DNA of 64,000 bases, from the NCBI GenBank assembly GCA_965212115.1, contig CBDBUR010000001.1, forward strand, positions 240,596 to 304,595, read 5' to 3'. A model generated the notes under the pieces. That model made no database searches. It was not told where the DNA came from and worked only from the letters and a program-made list of their open reading frames with translations. Source of the stretch: Alphaproteobacteria bacterium. Its GTDB lineage: Bacteria; Pseudomonadota; Alphaproteobacteria; JAPOUT01; G958296285. The position numbers and the translations under genes were made by a program. This document shows, piece by piece, positions 1 through 8,057 of this stretch (position 1 is the first letter of the stretch; each line of letters starts with the position of its first letter).

Positions 1-960
1 GAGCCAAGCCTGTGTTGCGTTAATTTTACGCGCCATTTCGGCGAATTTGTGTCGGATCACTTGGTGGTCGGCGAGTCGCTGTCCGAATGTCTGGCGCTGG
101 CGCGCCCAGCTCAGAGCGTCTTCGAAGCAGACGCGCGCATAGCTGACCATGCCTGCCGACATTGAGATGCGTTCATTATTAAAATTGCGCATGATTCCGA
201 TGAAGCCGTTATTTTCTTCGCCGATGAGGTTGTCTTTGGGGACGCGGACGTCATCAAAGTAGAGCGCGGCGGTATCGGAAGACCACCAGCCCTGTTTTTT
301 CAGCGAGGTGCGCGTAAAGCCGGGTCGATCGCGCTCGATGAGCAGCAGAGAGATGCCGCCGCGACCTTTATTGCCGGTGCGCACGGCGACGGTATAGAAG
401 TCGGCGCGCATGCCGCCGGTGATGAACATTTTTGATCCATTGACGATATATTCGTCGCCGTTGCGCTTGGCGGTGGTTTTGACGTTGGCGACATCGGAGC
501 CACCGGACGGCTCGGTGATCGCAAGGGCGTGGATTTTATCTCCGGCGAGCACTTGAGGCGCGATGCGCTTTTTGAGCTCTTCGGAGCCGATCGCGAGCAC
601 GGGCGGCAGGCCGATGCCATGGACGAGCAGGCTTGCATTGACTCCACCGGCGCCGAGTCGCGCCATTTCTTCAGAGGTGACGATCATGAACACTGTGTCA
701 TTGACCGGCGTTCCGCCATATTCTTCGGGGTAGCCCATGCCGAGCAGGCCGACAGCGGCGGCTTTTTTGTAGAGGTCGCGGGGGAAGCCGCCCTCTTCCT
801 CCCATTGATCGACGAAGGGGGCCATTTCAGTTTCGACGAATTTGCGCAAAGTGGCGCGCCAAGCGTGATGATCTTCGGTATAGAGCGGGCTGAAATAGCG
901 GTGATCGAAATCGATCGGGCTCTGGCTGTTGGATAAAGACATATTGGATAGAGATGACAT
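1..960 (-). CDS. Acyl-CoA dehydrogenase (isovaleryl-/citronellyl-CoA dehydrogenase type). The C-terminal part runs off the left edge of the window.
   Basis: I translated the minus strand myself from the ATG at 958-960: MSSLSNMSLSNSQSPIDFDHRYFSPLYTEDHHAWRATLRKFVETEMAPFVDQWEEEGGFPRDLYKKAAAVGLLGMGYPEEYGG...ALAITEPSGGSDVANVKTTAKRNGDEYIVNGSKMFITGG...NNERISMSAG. These are typical ACAD motifs. The frame is open to position 1. It is absent from the ORF track because there is no stop in the window. Confidence 0.85.
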   Translation of the reverse strand, partial: MSSLSNMSLSNSQSPIDFDHRYFSPLYTEDHHAWRATLRKFVETEMAPFVDQWEEEGGFPRDLYKKAAAVGLLGMGYPEEYGGTPVNDTVFMIVTSEEMARLGAGGVNASLLVHGIGLPPVLAIGSEELKKRIAPQVLAGDKIHALAITEPSGGSDVANVKTTAKRNGDEYIVNGSKMFITGGMRADFYTVAVRTGNKGRGGISLLLIERDRPGFTRTSLKKQGWWSSDTAALYFDDVRVPKDNLIGEENNGFIGIMRNFNNERISMSAGMVSYARVCFEDALSWARQRQTFGQRLADHQVIRHKFAEMARKINATQAWL

Positions 961-976
961 GAGCGGGAATACCTCT

Positions 977-3025
977 TTAAGATTTATCGGTTCTCTGTTC
1001 TTGTTCGAGCGGCGTGAGTTCGAACATCATGGCGCCTGCGGCGATTTGCTCGTCTTCAGCGACATGGATGTTTTTGACTTGGCCATCGATTGGCGCGGCG
1101 ATTTGATGTTCCATTTTCATGGCCTCAAGGATAGCGAGCGGCTGGCCTCGTTTGACTTCGTCGCCCGGCTCGACGAAGAGGCGGTGAAGGCGGCCATGCA
1201 TCGGAGCGGCGATGAGACCGGAGCGCGCGCCGTCTTCGGCGCTTGCGACGCGATTGAGCAGATTGGTGAACCAGAAGCTCCACCCGTCAATGATCAGATA
1301 GACAGCGCCCGAAGCGGCGATATGGCTGCGGATGGTTTTTTGCACATCGTCAATGATGAGGCGAATATGACCGGGCTGCGCAGCGATCATCTTAACGTGA
1401 TGTTCTGTGTGATTTTGGGCGATGTGATAGAGATCATTGCCGCGCGCGGTGATGATGATGTCTTGTGTTTGATTGGGGGCGAGTTCATAACGATAGCGCG
1501 ACGATAAATTTCCTGCACAGGCCCAATCCAAAAGATGTTCGGAAAAGAAAACGGCGCGATCGGCAGCAATCTGGCGCTCATGGCGATATTCCACCAAAGC
1601 CGCAAGAGCTGTTGCAATTGAGGCCGCCTGAATGGCAGCGGGCGGCGCGGCGGCGGGTATATCCTCTTGTGCGGGCGGATTAGCGATGAAATCATTGAGA
1701 AAGTCGGTCGTTGCCTGTCCGGCGGCGAATCTGTCATCGCTGAGGCAGCAGATCAAAAAATCGCGATTAGTTTGCAGTCCGGCGATCATCGTATTTTGCA
1801 AAGCGGCGATGAGCTTCTGCCGCGCGCTTTCGCGGTTGCTGCCGTGCGCGATGATTTTGGCGATCATCGGATCATAGAAGGGCGAAATCTCCTGACCTGA
1901 AGCTAGTCCATGGTCAACCCGCACATTTTCGCCTGTCGCGGGCTGCCAGTGATCGACGCGCCCGCTAACGGGCAGGAAATTTTTTGCCGGGTCTTCAGCG
2001 TAGAGGCGGACTTCCATCGCATGGCCTTGAAAAGCGAAATCGCTTTGCGCGATTGGCAGAGGCTCACCGCGCGCGACGCGCAATTGCCACGCAACGAGAT
2101 CAATGCCTGTTGTCATCTCGGTGACCGGATGTTCCACTTGAAGCCTTGTGTTCATTTCGAGGAAATAGAAATTGCCGTCTTGATCGAGCATAAATTCGAT
2201 CGTGCCCGCGCCGCTATAATCGATCGACTTGGCCGCTTGAACGGCGGCTTCGCCCATTTTGGCGCGCAGTTGCGGCGTCATCACCGAACAGGGGGCTTCT
2301 TCGATCACTTTTTGATGGCGGCGCTGAACGGAGCAATCTCTTTCTCCGAGGTGAATGATATTACCGAGCTGGTCGCCGAAAATCTGAAACTCGACATGAC
2401 GCGCCTGCTGCAGTGCTTTTTCCAAAATGAGCTCATCGGAACCGAAAGCGTTTTTGGCCTCCGAGCGCGCAATGGCGAGCTGCGCGAGAAACTGTGCGGG
2501 TTCAACGACGAGCCTCATGCCGCGGCCGCCTCCACCGGCGGCGGCTTTGATCATCACCGGAAACCCGATTTGATCAGCGGCAGAGGCTAGGGTTTCATCG
2601 GTTTGATCTCTATCTTCATAGCCCGGAATACAGGGGACGCCTGCTTCGATCATGCGCCGTTTGGCTTCGGCCTTATTGCCCATCAATTGGATTGCTTCGG
2701 GAGAAGGCCCGATGAAAACGATGTTGGCCTGCGCGCAGGCTTGAGCAAATCCGGCATTTTCCGACAGGAAGCCATAGCCGGGATGAATGGCATCAGCTTT
2801 TGTCGCGGCGGCGGCGCTGAGGATATTGTCTTGGCTGAGATATGATTGTGTCACCGGCGGCGGCCCGATGAGCACGGCCTCGTCGGCGAGCGCAACATGA
2901 GGCGCTTGGGCATCGGCCTGCGAATAGACAGCGACGCTCTTATAGCCGAGCGTGCGCGCCGAGCGTATCACGCGCACGGCGATTTCGCCGCGATTGGCGA
3001 TGAGTATCTTATTGAAGTTTATCAT
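977..3025 (-). CDS. Acyl-CoA carboxylase alpha subunit (biotin carboxylase plus biotin carrier domain; methylcrotonyl-/geranyl-CoA carboxylase type)
   Basis: 682-aa ORF. The N-terminus KILIANRGEIAVRVIRSARTLG is the ATP-grasp biotin carboxylase signature. The C-terminal EAMKMEH is the biotinyl-lysine motif. Confidence 0.92.
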   Translation of the reverse strand: MINFNKILIANRGEIAVRVIRSARTLGYKSVAVYSQADAQAPHVALADEAVLIGPPPVTQSYLSQDNILSAAAATKADAIHPGYGFLSENAGFAQACAQANIVFIGPSPEAIQLMGNKAEAKRRMIEAGVPCIPGYEDRDQTDETLASAADQIGFPVMIKAAAGGGGRGMRLVVEPAQFLAQLAIARSEAKNAFGSDELILEKALQQARHVEFQIFGDQLGNIIHLGERDCSVQRRHQKVIEEAPCSVMTPQLRAKMGEAAVQAAKSIDYSGAGTIEFMLDQDGNFYFLEMNTRLQVEHPVTEMTTGIDLVAWQLRVARGEPLPIAQSDFAFQGHAMEVRLYAEDPAKNFLPVSGRVDHWQPATGENVRVDHGLASGQEISPFYDPMIAKIIAHGSNRESARQKLIAALQNTMIAGLQTNRDFLICCLSDDRFAAGQATTDFLNDFIANPPAQEDIPAAAPPAAIQAASIATALAALVEYRHERQIAADRAVFFSEHLLDWACAGNLSSRYRYELAPNQTQDIIITARGNDLYHIAQNHTEHHVKMIAAQPGHIRLIIDDVQKTIRSHIAASGAVYLIIDGWSFWFTNLLNRVASAEDGARSGLIAAPMHGRLHRLFVEPGDEVKRGQPLAILEAMKMEHQIAAPIDGQVKNIHVAEDEQIAAGAMMFELTPLEQEQRTDKS

Positions 3026-3861
3026 TGATCACTGTCGGCCCAATAGGGTTTGCGTTTTTCGATAAAGGCGGCGACACCCTCGCGGCCTTCTGGTCCGAGC
3101 ATACATTGCGCGAAGCCATCAGCGGCGAAGTCGAGAGCTTTGGCGCGCGGGTTGCGGCTGGCCTCGAACAGGATCGCTTTGGTGATCGCGTTGGCGCCTG
3201 GGGCGCAGAGCGATATTTGCGCGAGGACTTGCTGGCATAGGCGATCGAGGTCTTCGGGTTTTTCGGCGAGCAGGTGTCCGATGCCGAGCTGGACGGCTTG
3301 GGCGCCATCGAACTTCGCGCCGGTGAGCATGAGGCGTCGCGCCTGTGTAAGACCGATGCGCTCGGCGACGAAGGGCGCGATTTGCGCAGGGGGGATTCCG
3401 AGGCTGGTTTCGCTGAGGCGGAAGCGGGTATCTTTGGCGACGATGGTCACATCGCCGATGCAGGTAAGTCCGAGTCCGCCGCCGATCGCCGCGCCTTCAA
3501 CGAGCATAACGATGGTCTGTGGCTGTTCATTGAGCTTAATCATCAGGTTGCCGAAGGAGCGGTTTGCGGCGGCGACATCTTTGTGAGAGGTCTTTTGCGA
3601 GGATTTTTGTTTTTGGTCGCTGCCCTGCATATTGGATTGGAAGCCTTTGATATCGGCTCCGGCGCAGAAGATTCCGCCTTTGCCGCGCAGGACGATGGTT
3701 CGGATTTCGCGATCATCGCGTGCTTGATCGAGCACATCGGCGAGGCCGCGTGTGATTTCATCGTTGAGCGAGTTTTTGGCTTCGGGCCGATTGAACCAGA
3801 TTCTGAGAACGCTGTGTTCCTGTTCGACGATGAGAGTGTTGGTTGCTGGCAATTTGATCAT
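3022..3861 (-). CDS. Enoyl-CoA hydratase/isomerase (crotonase) family protein
   Basis: 279-aa ORF with the crotonase pattern (VLRGKGGIFCAGADIKGF, VEGAAIGGGLGL). A 4-nt overlap with the downstream alpha subunit gene suggests translational coupling. Confidence 0.85.
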   Translation of the reverse strand: MIKLPATNTLIVEQEHSVLRIWFNRPEAKNSLNDEITRGLADVLDQARDDREIRTIVLRGKGGIFCAGADIKGFQSNMQGSDQKQKSSQKTSHKDVAAANRSFGNLMIKLNEQPQTIVMLVEGAAIGGGLGLTCIGDVTIVAKDTRFRLSETSLGIPPAQIAPFVAERIGLTQARRLMLTGAKFDGAQAVQLGIGHLLAEKPEDLDRLCQQVLAQISLCAPGANAITKAILFEASRNPRAKALDFAADGFAQCMLGPEGREGVAAFIEKRKPYWADSDQ

Positions 3862-3876
3862 GTTATCTCCTTAGGT

Positions 3877-5499
3877 TCACATCCGCCCAACGCCGAAGCT
3901 ATTGGGCGAGGTCTGTCGCATTTGGGCTTCACGGCAGGTCTGCAGCAGGAAACCGAGTGCCTTGCGGGTATCTTGGGGGAATATGACGCCATCATCGAGC
4001 ATATGTCCGGAGGCGTAGAAGGCGCTCGATTGCTTATCGAAATGATGGGTGAGCGCCTCTTCCTGCTGTTTGAGCTGATCGTGATCGATATCGACGCCGC
4101 GTCGTTGAGCGCCAGCGGTCATGACTTGGGTCATAGTTTTGGCGGCCTGGGCGCCGCCCATGACTCCGATGGTCGCGTTGGGCCATGCGAAGACGAAATC
4201 GGGATTATATCCCTGCCCGCACATGCCGTAATTGCCAGCGCCGAAGCTGGCGCCGGTCATGAAGGTGAGGCGCGGCACCGACACATTGGTCACCGCTTGG
4301 ATCATTTTTGATCCATGTTTAATCATACCGGCGCGCTCATATTGCTTGCCGACGAGATAACCGGTGGTGTTCTGCAAGAAGACGAGCGGCAGATCGGCCT
4401 GATCGCAGAGCTGCATGAATTGCGCGGCTTTGGTGGCGCCATCGGGATCGATGGGGCCGTTATTGCCGATGATTCCGACAGCGTGGCCAAAGACTTCGGC
4501 CTGCAAACAGACGGTTGAGATGCCGTAATTGGGCTTAAAGTCGAGCATCTCGGAGCCATCGACGATGCGCGCGGCGACTTCGCGCATTTCATAAGGCTGG
4601 CGGTAATCGATGGGGACGATGCCCGCGATTTCGTTGGGATCGTAGAGGGGTTCGGCGAAGCTTTTGGGTTTTTCTTGAGGGCAGCGCGTATTCCATTGCA
4701 GCCGCGCGATGACTTCGCGCGTGATCATCAAGCCATGGGCGTCATCTTCGGCGAGATATTCGGCGAGACCTGAAACTTGTGAATGCATTTCAGCGCCGCC
4801 GAGTTCTTCTTCGGTGGCGACTTCGCCGGTTGCCGCTTTAAGCAGTGCTGGTCCGGCGAGAAAAGCGCGGCCGCGTCCTTTGATCACGATCACATAATCG
4901 CTGAGGCCCGGCATATAGGCGCCTCCTGCCGTCGAGGGGCCGTGCAGAACGGTGATGACCGGCAATCCGGCAGCGCTCAGCCGCGCGAGATTAGCGAATA
5001 ATGCGCCGCCAAGAACGAAGCCCTCGACTTTATATTTCATCAGATTAGCGCCTGCGCTTTCGACGAGATGGATGAAGGGGAGTTTTTTATTGAGCGCGAT
5101 TTGCTGCGCGCGTCGAGTTCGATAGCCGCCGCCTTCGGTCATGGCGCCGGCATTGATGCCGCTATCATCGACGACGATCATCGAGCGCACACCGGCAACA
5201 AAACCGATGCCCGAAATGATCGAGCCGCCTGGCACCGATTTTTCTGGATCATTGGTGTCGAGCAAATAGCCGGCCATATTGCCGATCTCAAGAAACGGCA
5301 TTCCCGGGTCAAGCAGCCGCGACAGGCGCTCGCGCGGAGTGAGCTGTCCGCGCTCTTCAAAGCGGGGCTTGCGCTTTTCGGACAGGGTGATCGCTCTTTG
5401 ATTCAATTCAGCCAAGCTTTGAGTCAAAGCGTTCATGTCTTTGCGGTTGGCCTTGAATTCTTCGGATGTCGTGGTGATGTTTGAAGCGAAAAGCGGCAT
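3877..5499 (-). CDS. Acyl-CoA carboxylase carboxyltransferase (beta) subunit, MCCase/GCCase type
   Basis: 540-aa ORF. Its length and sequence (RGQLTPRERLSRLLDPG..., GGAYMPG, GPIDPDGATKAAQFM) are typical of LiuB/AtuC-like carboxyltransferases. Confidence 0.9.
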   Translation of the reverse strand: MPLFASNITTTSEEFKANRKDMNALTQSLAELNQRAITLSEKRKPRFEERGQLTPRERLSRLLDPGMPFLEIGNMAGYLLDTNDPEKSVPGGSIISGIGFVAGVRSMIVVDDSGINAGAMTEGGGYRTRRAQQIALNKKLPFIHLVESAGANLMKYKVEGFVLGGALFANLARLSAAGLPVITVLHGPSTAGGAYMPGLSDYVIVIKGRGRAFLAGPALLKAATGEVATEEELGGAEMHSQVSGLAEYLAEDDAHGLMITREVIARLQWNTRCPQEKPKSFAEPLYDPNEIAGIVPIDYRQPYEMREVAARIVDGSEMLDFKPNYGISTVCLQAEVFGHAVGIIGNNGPIDPDGATKAAQFMQLCDQADLPLVFLQNTTGYLVGKQYERAGMIKHGSKMIQAVTNVSVPRLTFMTGASFGAGNYGMCGQGYNPDFVFAWPNATIGVMGGAQAAKTMTQVMTAGAQRRGVDIDHDQLKQQEEALTHHFDKQSSAFYASGHMLDDGVIFPQDTRKALGFLLQTCREAQMRQTSPNSFGVGRM

Positions 5500-5523
5500 A
5501 TGCCTCCCTTTTTTTTTCTTTTG

Positions 5524-7338
5524 CTACGCCGATCGAGGCAGTTGATCTTGCTCGGCAAGAGATTGCGGCACTTCGATCGGACATTCAAGCAAAAGTTGGG
5601 CATAGCCTTTGCCTTGGGGATCGTTGCGCAGGCTGGCGATGCCGCCGCCGCCGAGCACATTATGGAGCAGGAAGTTGATCGCTTTAGGTCCGGGCAAAAT
5701 GAATTTGTCGATATGGTTATCCTCGAGGAAGTGGGCGAAGAGTTCGGCGACTTTTTCTTTGGTCAGGGATTGGAATATATAGGGGAAATATTCGGGTTTG
5801 CGGGCGATGATGCCGATATTGGCTTTGTTGCCTTTATCGCCGCTGCGCCCCCAAGCGAGCGCCACAAGAGGCACTTGAACATTGGGCGCTTGCGTCATTG
5901 CTTGCGGCGCTGCGGGCCGCGCGAGCTGGCTGGGATCGAAAGTTTGACCTTGCGGGTCTTTGAAGGGATGTTTTTGTCCATCGATGTTGATTTCGATATC
6001 GATTTCTTTTTTAGGGATGAGAAAAGAAAACAAACGCGCGACGGGCGCGGGTCTCGGGCGGCCTCCGGCAAAGCCTGACAGACCTGGCGGTGTTGCAAGT
6101 CCGAGGCCGGTTGCTTCTTTAAGCAAGATTGTGATTGCTTTATCGTCTGGATGTTTGGCGGCGATTTTGACAGTGACTTCGCGCGCGCTTTTGATTTTTC
6201 TTGCTGCGCCATATTGGCTTTCAGCGCCGATGACTTCGACATCTGTTTGAGTGAAGTCGGGCATATTGAGGCGTCGCAGAGTCTGTCGCGCGCGGCGATA
6301 GACGGCTTGAGCAAATTTTTCAGCTTTGAGGCTTGCGTCGATTCCGTAGAAGCTCATAGCAAGTCCGCCGCGGAAGCCATCGACATAGGTAGCGCTGACT
6401 TTATAGCTGTCGGGCGGCGGGCTGCCCAGCGCGCCGCTGACCAAGACTTGATCTTCACCCTGCTGTGCGATCTGGGTTTGAGAGAAATCACAGATGACAT
6501 CGGGCAGGATATAAGCTTGCGGATCACCGATTTCATAGAGCATCTGCTCAGCGATCGTGCCGACATTGACGAGTCCGCCGGTTCCTTTGGGCTTAGAGTA
6601 GATCGTGCTGCCATCGGACGAGATTTCAGCGATTGGATATCCGATATCCTCCAAGCGATCGATCACTTTGTGCCAATCGGTGAAATTGCCGCCGGTGGCT
6701 TGGACACCGCACTCAAGAATATGTCCGGCGAGGCTGCCGGCAGCGAGCTGATCGAGGTCATCTTTCTGCCAGCCAAAGGCGTGGATGCAGGCGCCGAGCG
6801 TAACGGCGCTATCGACGCATCGCCCTGTGATCACGATATCAGCGCCTTCGTCTAATGTTTTGGCGATTGGAAAAGCACCGAGATAAGCATTGATCGAAAT
6901 GATTCGCTCGCTTTCGGGGAAAGACTGGTTAGAGAACATTTCGCGGAAATTTTGCTGAGCGAACAGTTCTTTGCGGCTGACGAGATCGTCGCCGGTGATG
7001 GTTGCGACTTTGAGGTCAAGGCCGAGTGAATCGATCAGCTCTTTGACTTTGGCGGCGCAGGCTTCAGGATGGACGCCGCCTGCATTGGATAGGATTTTAA
7101 CTTTCTGCCGCGCGATTTCGACGAGGTTGGGCTTGAGCGCCTGTGAGACGAAATCGGTTGCATAGCCCATATCGGGCTTGGCGAGTCGGGCGCGCGCCAT
7201 GATCGACATAGTGATTTCAGCGAGATAATCATAGACGATATAGTCGAGATTTTCGGCAGCGAGCAGCTGGGGTGTTGCCATAGCGGCATCGCCCCAGAAA
7301 CCGCTCGCGCCGCCAATACGGATGGTTTTTGCGCTCAT
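5524..7338 (-). CDS. Acyclic terpene utilisation AtuA-family protein (DUF1446 with C-terminal extension)
   Basis: 604-aa ORF starting MSAKTIRIGGASGFWGDAAMATPQLL...DYIVYDYLAEITMSIMARA, which is the conserved DUF1446/AtuA N-terminus. It heads the carboxylase operon. Confidence 0.75.
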   Translation of the reverse strand: MSAKTIRIGGASGFWGDAAMATPQLLAAENLDYIVYDYLAEITMSIMARARLAKPDMGYATDFVSQALKPNLVEIARQKVKILSNAGGVHPEACAAKVKELIDSLGLDLKVATITGDDLVSRKELFAQQNFREMFSNQSFPESERIISINAYLGAFPIAKTLDEGADIVITGRCVDSAVTLGACIHAFGWQKDDLDQLAAGSLAGHILECGVQATGGNFTDWHKVIDRLEDIGYPIAEISSDGSTIYSKPKGTGGLVNVGTIAEQMLYEIGDPQAYILPDVICDFSQTQIAQQGEDQVLVSGALGSPPPDSYKVSATYVDGFRGGLAMSFYGIDASLKAEKFAQAVYRRARQTLRRLNMPDFTQTDVEVIGAESQYGAARKIKSAREVTVKIAAKHPDDKAITILLKEATGLGLATPPGLSGFAGGRPRPAPVARLFSFLIPKKEIDIEINIDGQKHPFKDPQGQTFDPSQLARPAAPQAMTQAPNVQVPLVALAWGRSGDKGNKANIGIIARKPEYFPYIFQSLTKEKVAELFAHFLEDNHIDKFILPGPKAINFLLHNVLGGGGIASLRNDPQGKGYAQLLLECPIEVPQSLAEQDQLPRSA

Positions 7339-7443
7339 ACTTCCTCCCTTTTGGCCTTCTCCCTTTTGGCCTCCTCACTTTTGGTTCGTCGGTGAGCAGT
7401 CTACACCAACGCGCAGGAAATTGCGCGGCACCATAAACAAATA

Positions 7444-7519
7444 TGGTGGGCGGTGACGGGTTTGAACCGCCGACCTTCCCGGTGTAAACGGGATGCTCTT
7501 CCAGCTGAGCTAACCGCCC
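7444..7519 (-). tRNA. tRNA-Val (anticodon TAC)
   Basis: The minus strand reads GGGCGGTTAGCTCAGCTGGAAGAGCATCCCGTTTACACCGGGAAGGTCGGCGGTTCAAACCCGTCACCGCCCACCA. I folded the cloverleaf by hand: acceptor GGGCGGT/ACCGCCC, D stem GCTC/GAGC, anticodon stem TCCCG/CGGGA with loop TTTACAC, a TTCAAAC T-loop, and an encoded CCA. Confidence 0.93.
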
Positions 7520-7548
7520 GAGCAGGCCTGAGGCTGTCCCGTTGTCAG

Positions 7549-7824
7549 TTAGACATTCACTGAAGTTTTGAGCGCTTTTCCGGCCTTAAATTTAGGCTGT
7601 TTGGATGCGGGGATTTCCATTGGCTCGCCGGTCTGAGGATTGCGCGCGGTAGTCTTGGCGCGATTATAGACCGAGAACGTGCCAAAACCGATGAGGCGGA
7701 CTTCCTCGCCTTTGGTGAGGCTCTCGGTGATGGAGCTGAGCACTGTTTCGACAACGCGTGTGCCTTCAGCTTTGGACATGCTGCACTTATTCGAGATGAC
7801 TTCGATTAGATCGTTCTTATTCAT
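7549..7824 (-). CDS. hup: HU family nucleoid DNA-binding protein
   Basis: 91-aa ORF MNKNDLIEVIS...RLIGFGTFSVYNRAKTTARNPQTGEPMEIPASKQPKFKAGKALK, the canonical HU/IHF fold signature. It lies downstream of lon, as is usual in alphaproteobacteria. Confidence 0.93.
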   Translation of the reverse strand: MNKNDLIEVISNKCSMSKAEGTRVVETVLSSITESLTKGEEVRLIGFGTFSVYNRAKTTARNPQTGEPMEIPASKQPKFKAGKALKTSVNV

Positions 7825-8057
7825 GAGATTACTCCTCTTGAGGGTGGATGTTGCGGACCAAACCCCGCCGTGACGGCGTTGATTCGTTTATAGGTTTAGT
7901 GTAGGAGTCTTACAGCTTAACTCAAGAAAAAAAGCCCTAAAAACAGGGGAAAAGAATTGATTTGAAATCAAGGTCAACCTAAAGGGCTGGAAATAAAAGG
8001 TTTTATCGGCAATCATCAGCGATGATCGGCGCGATTAGCGCGATTAATTGAGTCGAT

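Noticed and set aside
3274-4311. 345-aa plus-strand ORF. The same applies to similar plus-strand ORFs at 529..936, 929..1507, 1910..2590, 5500..6078 and 6151..6855.
   Set aside because: They are antisense to the carboxylase operon genes. The translations are acidic, glycine-rich and low-complexity, with no family signatures.
7934-7990. Palindrome TTGATTTGAAATCAA, flanked by AGCCCT...AGGGCT, between lon and hupB
   Set aside because: It is short and AT-rich, with a 1-nt loop, so it is not a convincing terminator. As an operator it is unsupported. I considered it too weak to report as a finding.
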